From an uncultured delta proteobacterium (GTDB taxonomy: Bacteria; Desulfobacterota; Syntrophia; Syntrophales; UBA2192): a stretch of 64,000 bases of DNA. A model generated the notes under the pieces. That model worked only from the letters and a program-made list of their open reading frames with translations. It made no database searches and was not told where the DNA came from. The position numbers and the translations under genes are program-made. Below are positions 8,296 to 16,338 of this stretch, in pieces. Where the stretch lies: NCBI GenBank assembly GCA_963705165.1, contig CAVPJD010000009.1, forward strand, positions 69,666 through 133,665. Direction: 5' to 3'. How positions within the stretch are numbered: position 1 is the first letter of the stretch; each line of letters begins with the position of its first letter.

Positions 8296-9723
8296 ATGAA
8301 AATAAAAGCGAATGCTCTCTACGAGGAAGTGGCCGGAAAGTTGGATCATCTCATCCGGCACGGCACTTACCGGACGGGCGACAGGATCCCGTCGATCCGG
8401 GACATCAGCCGCTCCATGAAGGTGAGCATCTCGACGGCGCTCGAGGCCTATCGCCTCCTGGAGGTGAGGGGGCTCATCGAGGCTCGCCCCCAGTCGGGCT
8501 ATTACGTCTCGCCGCCGCTGCTGAAACCGGTCTCGGAGCCGCAGCTCTCCAGGGCGGAGATGAAGCCCGCCGAAGCGAGCATAGGCGAGATCGCACGAGT
8601 CATCGTGAAGGACGCCGCCAACCCGGCTTATTTCAACCTCGGCATGGCGACACCCAACGTGGCTCTGCTGCCCGCGAAAAAGCTCAACCGGATCCTTGCC
8701 TCCGTCGTGCGGATGAAGGACGCAACGAGCGTCTCCTACATCTTCTCGAACGGCTACGAGCCACTGCGCATACAGATCGCCCAGCGGGCGATCCAGGCCG
8801 GCTGCCCGCTGACCCCCGACGAGGTCATCGTCACCACGGGCTGCCACGAGGCGATCGCCATAACGCTTCGGGCCCTGTGCCGGCCCGGGGACGCCGTGGC
8901 CATCGAGTCGCCCTTCTTCTTCAACCACCTGCAGGCCATGGCTGCCATGGGGTTGAAAATCGTGGAGATTCCCTCGAGCCCGAAAGAGGGGATCAGCCTG
9001 GAGGCCCTGGGCTACGCCCTTGAGCAGACGCCCGTGAAGGCCTGCCTGGTGAGCGCAAACTACAGCAACCCGACGGGAAGCTGCATGCCCGATCACCGCA
9101 AGAAGGCCCTGGTGAAGATGCTTGCCGAAAAGCAGATCCCTCTTATCGAGGACGATATCTACGGCGATCTGTCCTTTTCCGATACGCGCCCCCGGGCGGC
9201 GAAATCTTTCGATCAAGAGGGGCTCGTCGTCCTCTGCTCGTCCTTCTCGAAGACTCTTGCACCGGGGTACCGGGTTGGCTGGGTCGCCCCCGGCCGCTAT
9301 CAAAGGGAGATCGAGCACCAGCGAATGATCAACACGCTTGCCCCAGCCTCGCCCACACAGATGGCCGTTGCCGAATTCCTGGCCAGCGGGGGCTACGAGC
9401 GCCACCTGCGCAAGGTGAGGCGGATCTACGAAAAGCAGCTGGGGCGGATGCTCGAGGCCGTCCGCCGGCTCTTCCCCGAGGGGACGAAAACGACCCGTCC
9501 CGACGGCAGCTTCATCTTCTGGGTGGAGCTTCCCGCGAGCGTGAATTCTCTGGAGATGTTCCAAAAGGCGAGAGAAAAAGGGATTTCGATTGCGCCCGGC
9601 CCGATCTTCTCGAATTCGGGCAAGTACCTGAATTTCCTGAGGCTTAACGCCGCCCACTTCTCGCCGAAAGTCGAGGGGGCCCTCGAGACGGTGGGCAGCC
9701 TGGCACTGGAACAGGTACCCTGA
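8296..9723 (+). CDS. MocR-type regulator (GntR HTH fused to a PLP-dependent aminotransferase-fold domain)
   Basis: ATG 8296 lies within track ORF 8086..9723. The GntR HTH is GDRIPSIRDISRSMKVSISTALEAYRLLEVRGLIEARPQSGYYV. The aminotransferase fold-type I region includes SFSKTLAPGYRVGW, which contains the PLP lysine. Confidence 0.85.
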   Translation: MKIKANALYEEVAGKLDHLIRHGTYRTGDRIPSIRDISRSMKVSISTALEAYRLLEVRGLIEARPQSGYYVSPPLLKPVSEPQLSRAEMKPAEASIGEIARVIVKDAANPAYFNLGMATPNVALLPAKKLNRILASVVRMKDATSVSYIFSNGYEPLRIQIAQRAIQAGCPLTPDEVIVTTGCHEAIAITLRALCRPGDAVAIESPFFFNHLQAMAAMGLKIVEIPSSPKEGISLEALGYALEQTPVKACLVSANYSNPTGSCMPDHRKKALVKMLAEKQIPLIEDDIYGDLSFSDTRPRAAKSFDQEGLVVLCSSFSKTLAPGYRVGWVAPGRYQREIEHQRMINTLAPASPTQMAVAEFLASGGYERHLRKVRRIYEKQLGRMLEAVRRLFPEGTKTTRPDGSFIFWVELPASVNSLEMFQKAREKGISIAPGPIFSNSGKYLNFLRLNAAHFSPKVEGALETVGSLALEQVP

Positions 9724-9732
9724 ACGGAAAAA

Positions 9733-9759
9733 AGGAAAAGGGGACTGTCCCCTTTTCCT
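9733..9759. terminator. Perfect 12-bp stem hairpin after the MocR gene
   Basis: AGGAAAAGGGGA-CTG-TCCCCTTTTCCT. The U-rich tract lies partly inside the stem, so terminator function is uncertain. Confidence 0.4.
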
Positions 9760-9888
9760 GGGCCGGACGGTTTCGGATTTCCGGGGTTTTGTGTTATAAA
9801 AACGAGAATTGACAGGACGTGATCTTCCCCATATGCTCACAACCCTGGCGTGAGCCTCATCAAACGATTTAGTGAACGGGGGGCATCG

Positions 9889-11137
9889 ATGAAAATAGAG
9901 ATTCCTTATGGTGACGGGATCGACACGGTGGAGCTGGCTGACGGCAACGTCGAGCAGGTCATTATTCCCAATACGGTCAAGACCGCCGATGAGATGGAAA
10001 CGCTCCGGGGCGCCATATTCCACCCGCTCAAGTCGCCGGGCATCGAAGCCTTCCTGAAGGACAGCGCAAACATTCTCCTCGTCGTCAACGACGCAACCCG
10101 CCCGACGCCGACAGGAAGGGTCCTCGAGATCATCTACCCGTTGCTGAAAGGCAAAAATTTCAAGGTGATCATCGCGACGGGAAGCCACCGGGCGCCGACG
10201 GAGGAGGAGTACGATTTTATCTTCGGGAAGCTCTACGGGAAACTGAAGGACCGCATCCATGTCCACGATGCCAAAAAGAGCGAGTGCTTCTCCCTCGGGA
10301 AAACGAGACACGGCAACGAGATGATGCTGAACACGCTCGTCAGGGAGGCCGATGCCATCATCCCGATCGGGAGCATCGAGCCGCACTACTTTGCCGGATA
10401 CACCGGAGGCCGCAAGTGCTTCATGCCCGGGGTAGCCAGCTACGACTTCATCACGGCCAATCACAGGCTGGCCATTTCCCAGGCCGCCCAGGCCATGGTC
10501 CTGAAGGGCAACCCCGTTGCGGAGGAGTTCGACGACGCCGAAAAACTCCTTGAAAAACTCAAGATCTTCGCGATCATGACCGTCCTGGACGGCGAGCACC
10601 GGGTTTACGCCGCGGCAGCCGGGGACCTGAAGGAATCCTTCTACTCGCTTGCTTGCGAAGGCCGATGAGGTCTTCGTCGTCCCGATCACGCGGCTGGCCG
10701 AGATCGTCGTGACCGTTGCCCAGGAGCCCAACGACATCGACCTCTACCAGTCGCAGAAGGCCCTGGACAACGGGAAGACCGCTTTGAAGGACGGCGGGAT
10801 CATCATCCTGGTTTCCGCGTGCCGCAGCGGGATCGGGTCGCAGGCGTTCATGGACTTGCTCAGCTCCGAGACGAGCTGCAAGGCCGTCATCGACAAGCTG
10901 GACCGGGAATACAAGCTGGGCTACCACAAGGCAGGCAAGATGGCCGAGATCGGCGTGAAGGCCCAGATGTGGGCCGTCACCCCCCTGGACAAAAACCTGA
11001 TCAGCAAGGCCCACATGCGACCCTTTGAAAGCGTCTCCGAGGCCCTGAAAGAGGCCCTCAAGGAAAAAGGCCCCGGCGCGAAGGTCACCTTCATCATGGA
11101 CGGGGGGATGACGATCCCGAGACTGACCGCGCCGTAG
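9889..11137 (+). pseudogene. larA: LarA-family (DUF2088, nickel-pincer lactate racemase-like) gene split by a +4 frameshift
   Basis: Track ORFs 9850..10668 and 10649..11137 are the N- and C-terminal parts of one LarA-like protein (NDATRPTP, ATGSHR, IEPHYFAGYTGGRK). A tandem GCTTGCTT lies at 10647-10654. Deleting one GCTT restores ...ESFYSLAKADEVFVVPI... as one ~414-aa frame. Confidence 0.75.
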
Positions 11138-11267
11138 GGGCGGACAAGTTCCGTTGACAGAAAAGTCCGGTTCCCTTACAATGCACAGTCTCAAAAAGGC
11201 AATCCTGTCGAATGCGCTGCTATCAGGATAAGACCGTCAGATAAGATCCTCACGGGAGGCAAGCAGT

Positions 11268-12656
11268 ATGATCACAGAAGACATCAAGAAAAAAATCCGC
11301 GAAATCGTGGGGGCCGAAAACGCCCTGGATTCCGACCTGGACCGTTTCGGATATTCCTACGACGCATCCTTTGTGCCGCTGCTGCCGGCAAAAAAGCCGG
11401 AGCTCGTCGTGCGGCCCGCAACCACGGAGGAAGTGTCGAAGATCATGGCCGTCGCATACGAGCACGCAATTCCTGTTACGGCACGAGGTGCCGCAACAGG
11501 CCGCACCGGCGGAAGCATCCCCGTGCAGGGAGGCATTTCCATGTCCCTCGAACGCATGATGAAGATCATCGAACTGGACGTGAACAACATGATGGTCTGG
11601 GCCGAGGCGGGGGTCCGCACGATCGATCTGTACAACCACTGTGCCGCCAAGGGCCTCTTTTACCCGCCCGACCCGGCAAGCTGGAAATTCTCCACGATCG
11701 GCGGCAACGTGGCCGAAAATGCCGGCGGCATGCGGGCCGTCAAGTACGGGGTCACGTCCAACTACGTCATGGGCCTCGAGGTAGTGCTCTCCGACGGCAC
11801 GGTGCTGCAGACGGGCGGCAAGGCCATCAAGAACGTCACGGGCTACAACCTGACGAGTCTCTTCACGGGATCCGAGGGGACGCTGGGCATCATCACCAAG
11901 GTGCTTTTCCGGGTCATTCCCATGCCGAAGAAGCGCGGCACGCTGCAGCTCATGTTCCGCACCCTCGACGACGGCTGCACGACAATTCACCAGATGCTGC
12001 AGTCGGGCCTTGTGCCGGCGGCCGCCGAGATCATGGACCGGTTCTGCCTCGAGGCCGTGGCGAAGCACCGCAAGACGGAGCTCGACCCGGCCATCGGCGC
12101 CTGCATCATCATCGAAATCGACGGCGACGACGACGAGGCCCTCGAAACTCAGACCAAGCGGATGGAAGCCGTGGCCCAGAAGTGCGGTGTCTACCAGTTC
12201 CGCGTTGCCCAGTCTCAGCAGGAGTCCGACGATCTGTGGGCCATCCGGCGGGGTCTCAGTTCCGCCATCGCCAGCCTCGTGCCGAACCGGCTAGGTGAGG
12301 ACATCTCGGTCCCGCGTGATGCTTTCCCCGAGGTGGTGCGCCGCATCGCGGACATCGCCGAGAAACACAACATCACCATCGCCGTCTACGGCCACGCCGG
12401 CGACGGCAACATCCACCCCTCCGTCCTCTGCGATTTGAGCAAGCCCGGAGAGGAGGAGCGGGTTCATCGGGCCGTCAACGAGATATTCGATGCGACCCTG
12501 GCTGTCGGGGGAACCTTGTCCGGGGAGCATGGCATCGGGATCACCAAGAAGCCTTACATCACCAAGGCCCTCGGCGAGGCAGGCGTGAAGGCCATGAAGG
12601 CCGTCAAGCTGGCCCTCGACCCGAAAGGCATCCTGAACCCCGGCAAGATCTGGTGA
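11268..12656 (+). CDS. FAD-binding oxidoreductase, GlcD/D-lactate dehydrogenase family
   Basis: A 462-aa ORF with an FAD-binding PCMH-type N-terminal half (ARGAATGRTGGSIP) and the C-terminal motif GGTLSGEHGIGITK. Confidence 0.85.
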   Translation: MITEDIKKKIREIVGAENALDSDLDRFGYSYDASFVPLLPAKKPELVVRPATTEEVSKIMAVAYEHAIPVTARGAATGRTGGSIPVQGGISMSLERMMKIIELDVNNMMVWAEAGVRTIDLYNHCAAKGLFYPPDPASWKFSTIGGNVAENAGGMRAVKYGVTSNYVMGLEVVLSDGTVLQTGGKAIKNVTGYNLTSLFTGSEGTLGIITKVLFRVIPMPKKRGTLQLMFRTLDDGCTTIHQMLQSGLVPAAAEIMDRFCLEAVAKHRKTELDPAIGACIIIEIDGDDDEALETQTKRMEAVAQKCGVYQFRVAQSQQESDDLWAIRRGLSSAIASLVPNRLGEDISVPRDAFPEVVRRIADIAEKHNITIAVYGHAGDGNIHPSVLCDLSKPGEEERVHRAVNEIFDATLAVGGTLSGEHGIGITKKPYITKALGEAGVKAMKAVKLALDPKGILNPGKIW

Positions 12657-12681
12657 GCATTGAAGAGGAAACGAGAACGAA

Positions 12682-13908
12682 ATGCCTAAAAATACAAACG
12701 AATCATTGCTTCAGGAAGCCAAAAAGATCGTCAGCCAGTGTGACCGCTGCGGCACCTGCCTTCCGGCCTGCCCCCTTTTCGAGGCGAAAAATGTTGAAGC
12801 CTCCAGCGCGCGGGGCAAGAACGTCCTCGCACGGGCCCTGACCGAGGGGGGTCTCGAGCCCACACCGGAGATGCTGGCCAAGGTCAACTTCTGCCTGCTT
12901 TGCCGGGCCTGCGTCGATATCTGCCCGAGCAAGATCGCAACCGACGAGGCGATGATCAACATCCGCCAGTACCTCGTGAACGAGACGGGGGCTGCGAATA
13001 CCCAGTACAAGGCCATGGGCGGCATCCTGAAGAGCCGCGCCATGGTGAAGCTCACGGCGAAAAGCCTGGCGCTTCTTCGCAAACTCGGCCTCAACAGCGT
13101 CTTCCCTCACGGAATGGTGCCGGAAGAGTATACGCGGGCACATTTCCTCGCTGCCTTTTCGGGGCCGGCCGCCCTGGGGCAAAAGGCGGCCCCTTCGGAT
13201 GTGGCCGTCACGTCGGCAACGAAAGTGGCTTATTTCGAAGGATGCGGCATGAGGATGATGTTTCCCGAGGCCGCGGCGGAGACGCTCGAGATCTTGAAGA
13301 CCTCCACGAAACCCCTGGTGAAGGACAACGTCTGCTGCGGACTGCCGCACCTGGCCCATGGGCTTCGCGACGAGTTTCTGGAACTCGCCAAAAAGAATAT
13401 CCGGATCTACGAGGACGCCGATGCCGTCGTGTGCGACTGTGCAAGCTGCGGCGGCACCCTCAAGCACCTCGCATCCTACTTCGCCGACGATCCGCAGTGG
13501 AAGGACCGGGCGGCCGCCTTCAGCCGCAAGGTGATGGACCTGACGGAATACCTGGCCAAGGTCGGCTACACACCGCGGCAGAAGGTAGAGACGACCTTCA
13601 CCTATCACGACCCCTGCCATCTCGGTCGAGGCCAGGGAATCAAGAAACAGCCTCGCGATCTTCTCCGGGCGGCAGGCAAGTTCGTCGAGATGAAAGAAGC
13701 CGACGTGTGCTGCGGCGGGGCAGGTTCCTTTCACATGGACTTCCCCGACATCGCATCGACGATCCTCGACAAGAAGCGGGCAAACATCGAGAAGACCGGC
13801 GCGGCCATCGTGGTGACGGGCTGCCCCGGGTGCCTGATCCAGCTCGCCAAGGCGGCGAAGGCCAGCGGCGGCAAGTTCAAGGCCATGCACATCAGCCAGG
13901 TAATCTGA
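12682..13908 (+). CDS. Fe-S oxidoreductase, GlcF/heterodisulfide-reductase-D-like (2x[4Fe-4S] plus two CCG domains)
   Basis: Cluster motifs are CDRCGTCLPACP and CLLCRACVDICP. CCG motifs are NVCCGLP and DVCCGGAG. The gene starts 25 nt after the GlcD-like gene. Confidence 0.8.
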   Translation: MPKNTNESLLQEAKKIVSQCDRCGTCLPACPLFEAKNVEASSARGKNVLARALTEGGLEPTPEMLAKVNFCLLCRACVDICPSKIATDEAMINIRQYLVNETGAANTQYKAMGGILKSRAMVKLTAKSLALLRKLGLNSVFPHGMVPEEYTRAHFLAAFSGPAALGQKAAPSDVAVTSATKVAYFEGCGMRMMFPEAAAETLEILKTSTKPLVKDNVCCGLPHLAHGLRDEFLELAKKNIRIYEDADAVVCDCASCGGTLKHLASYFADDPQWKDRAAAFSRKVMDLTEYLAKVGYTPRQKVETTFTYHDPCHLGRGQGIKKQPRDLLRAAGKFVEMKEADVCCGGAGSFHMDFPDIASTILDKKRANIEKTGAAIVVTGCPGCLIQLAKAAKASGGKFKAMHISQVI

Positions 13909-13969
13909 GGCCGGGAGCCGGGACCAGTCCCGTTTCCGCATCTCCTGCGCGATTGCCTGTGAATCCTTA

Positions 13970-14008
13970 AAAAGGGGTGCGAGTCTTTTCGCAGCCCCTT
14001 TCTTTTTT
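13970..14008 (+). terminator. Rho-independent terminator after the larA-glcD-glcF-like cluster
   Basis: AAAAGGGGTGCGAG-TCTTT-TCGCAGCCCCTTTCTTTTTT: an imperfect stem followed by a T-run. Confidence 0.55.
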
Positions 14009-14105
14009 CCGTATTCACGGGGCAGATTCCCGGCAGAACTTATTCGTCACACCTTTTCTTCTGCGCCCAGTCCACGCCATAAAAAGATTTCAGCACCATT
14101 TACCG

Positions 14106-14117
14106 ATCAATATTGAT
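14106..14117. promoter_or_regulatory. 12-bp perfect palindrome ATCAATATTGAT upstream of the carboxyltransferase gene
   Basis: Read directly from the sequence, 54 nt upstream of ATG 14171. Function unknown. Confidence 0.3.
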
Positions 14118-14170
14118 ATACTGAAGGGAGGAAGAGGTAGCATCATCGGACGAATGCAGGACAAGCACCC

Positions 14171-15574
14171 ATGAATCCTCTCAAGATCCAGGACAACACC
14201 TTTCGGGATGGCCACCAGTCCATCTATGCAACCCGGATGACGACGGAGGACATGATCCCCATCGCCGAGGCAATGGACGAGATCGGATTCTGGGCCATGG
14301 AGGTGTGGGGCGGGGCGACCTTTGACACGATGCATCGATTCCTGGGCGAGGACCCCTGGGAAAGGCCCCGCATCCTGAAGCGCTACATCAAAAAGACCCC
14401 TTTTTCGATGCTTTTGCGCGGTCAGAACCTCGTGGGGTATCGCCACTACGCCGACGACGTTGTCCGGGCCTTCGTGGACAAGGCCTGCAAGGTCGGAATC
14501 GACATCTTCCGCGTTTTCGACGCACTGAACGACCTTCGGAACATTGAGACCTGCGCCGCTTGCATAAAGGCAAACGGGAAGCATTTCGAAGGGGCCGTCG
14601 TGTACTCTCTGACGGAGAGGCATCTCGGCGGCGAAGTATTCAACCTGTCGTATTACGTCTCGAAAGCCAAGGGCCTTGAGGAGATGGGGGCCGACTCGAT
14701 CTGCATCAAGGACATGGCCGGCATCATGGCCCCCTATGATGCCTACGATCTCTTCACCGAGTTGAAGAAGGCCGTCAAGGTCCCCCTTCATCTCCACACC
14801 CATTACACAAGCGGCATGGGATCGATGACTTGCCTGAAGGCCGTCGAGGCGGGGGTGGACATCGTGGACACCTGTGTCGCCCCTTACGCCATGCGGACAT
14901 CGATGCCGCCGGTAGAGCCTCTCCTGCTTGCCCTGGAAGGAACCGGGCGCGACCCGGGGTTGCAGATGAGCCGCCTGCTGGAGATCGGAAAATACCTGGA
15001 ATCCATCGCCCCCCGGTATCAAAAGCACCTGGCCGCAAACACCCTGTCGCTCATCGATGATAACGTGATCGCACACCAGATCCCCGGCGGGATGATCTCC
15101 AACCTCGTCAGCCAGCTCAAGGAGATGAATGCACTCGATCGTCTTCCCGAGGTCCAGCAGGAAATCCAGGTGGTTCGAAAAGAAGCGGGGACGCCGCCGC
15201 TTGTCACCCCGACTTCACAGATCATCGGCTCACAGGCCGTCATGAATGTGCTTGCGGGGAGATACCGGACCGTCAGCAACCAGTTTCGCGACCTGTTGTT
15301 CGGGCTCTACGGGAAAACGCCCGCAAGCATCGATCCGAAGGTCCGCGAAATGGCGTTGCGCGGCTCCGGGCAGGGAATCTGGATCACGGACCGGCCCGCG
15401 AACCATCTCAAACCGGAGATGGAAGCTGCCCGGCGCAAGCTCGGCGATCTGGCAAAAACGGAGGAGGACGTGTTGACGTACGTGCTCTATCAAACGTCAG
15501 GCGAGCAGTTCCTGAAGTGGAAGTACGGTGTGGAACCGATGCCAGAGGGCGTCGGGCCGGGGAATTCTCGATAG
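14171..15574 (+). CDS. Carboxyltransferase, oxaloacetate decarboxylase alpha / transcarboxylase 5S-type (no biotinyl domain)
   Basis: N-terminus is MNPLKIQDNTFRDGHQS. Other blocks are ICIKDMAGIMAP and HLHTHYTSGMG (the HxH metal site). The protein ends at 467 aa without a C-terminal biotin-carrier MKM motif. Confidence 0.85.
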   Translation: MNPLKIQDNTFRDGHQSIYATRMTTEDMIPIAEAMDEIGFWAMEVWGGATFDTMHRFLGEDPWERPRILKRYIKKTPFSMLLRGQNLVGYRHYADDVVRAFVDKACKVGIDIFRVFDALNDLRNIETCAACIKANGKHFEGAVVYSLTERHLGGEVFNLSYYVSKAKGLEEMGADSICIKDMAGIMAPYDAYDLFTELKKAVKVPLHLHTHYTSGMGSMTCLKAVEAGVDIVDTCVAPYAMRTSMPPVEPLLLALEGTGRDPGLQMSRLLEIGKYLESIAPRYQKHLAANTLSLIDDNVIAHQIPGGMISNLVSQLKEMNALDRLPEVQQEIQVVRKEAGTPPLVTPTSQIIGSQAVMNVLAGRYRTVSNQFRDLLFGLYGKTPASIDPKVREMALRGSGQGIWITDRPANHLKPEMEAARRKLGDLAKTEEDVLTYVLYQTSGEQFLKWKYGVEPMPEGVGPGNSR

Positions 15575-15590
15575 TAGCTCGGGGGAGCGC

Positions 15591-16298
15591 CTACTCCGGC
15601 CGCTTCGGCTCGAACCGAAAGCGGTAACCGATGCCCGGCTCGTTGATCAGGAATCGAGGTCGGGCCGGATCCTTCTCCAGCTTGTGCCTCAGCTGGGTCA
15701 TATAAACCCGCAGATACTGGGTGTGCTCGACATAAGACGGCCCCCAGACTTCCTTGAGCAGCTGGCGATGGGTGACCACCTTTCCCGCATTCCGCACGAG
15801 GACGAGCAGCAGCTTGTATTCCAGGGGGGTCAGGTGGACCTCTGCGACCCCGAGGAAAACCTGCCTTTTCGCAAAATCGATTCGAAGCTCATCGGCTGAA
15901 AATACGGATACCTGCTGCCCGCTTTTCTGCATCTCTGCGTGTCGGACGGCCACACGGATCCTGGCCAGAAGCTCGCCGACACCAAAGGGTTTCGTGAGGT
16001 AGTCGTCGGCGCCCGCATCGAGAGCGCGGACCTTATCGTTCTCCTGCTCCCGGGCGGAAAGGATGATGATGGGCACCTTGGACCATTCCCGGAGCCTGCC
16101 GATGACCTCGAGGCCGTCCATGTCGGGAAGGCCGAGATCGAGAAGCACAGCATCGGGATTCCGTGTAGCCGCCTGCGAGAGACCATCTTTGGCCGTTTCC
16201 GCTTCAACCAGGCGATAGCCTTCGCTCTCCAGGGCAACCCGGAGGAAGCGCCTCATTTGAATATCATCTTCAACCAGCAGGACGAGTCCCTTCTCCAC
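15591..16298 (-). CDS. kdpE: Response regulator KdpE (OmpR family)
   Basis: The receiver domain reads LLVEDD...LLDLGLPDMDG...TKPF. A winged-helix output domain follows. The gene lies directly downstream of kdpD. Confidence 0.9.
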   Translation of the reverse strand: MEKGLVLLVEDDIQMRRFLRVALESEGYRLVEAETAKDGLSQAATRNPDAVLLDLGLPDMDGLEVIGRLREWSKVPIIILSAREQENDKVRALDAGADDYLTKPFGVGELLARIRVAVRHAEMQKSGQQVSVFSADELRIDFAKRQVFLGVAEVHLTPLEYKLLLVLVRNAGKVVTHRQLLKEVWGPSYVEHTQYLRVYMTQLRHKLEKDPARPRFLINEPGIGYRFRFEPKRPE

Positions 16299-16338
16299 AG
16301 ACCTGAACCTTTCCGCTCTTTATATAATCATCCAAACC

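Noticed and set aside
8272-10737. An 821-aa minus-strand ORF spanning the MocR and LarA regions.
   Set aside because: It is antisense to two plus-strand genes with clear family motifs. Its translation is Arg/Gly/Pro/Asp-rich low complexity (..RRRPVASRRDDHLE..) with no recognisable domain. Long antisense ORFs are expected in ~60% GC DNA.
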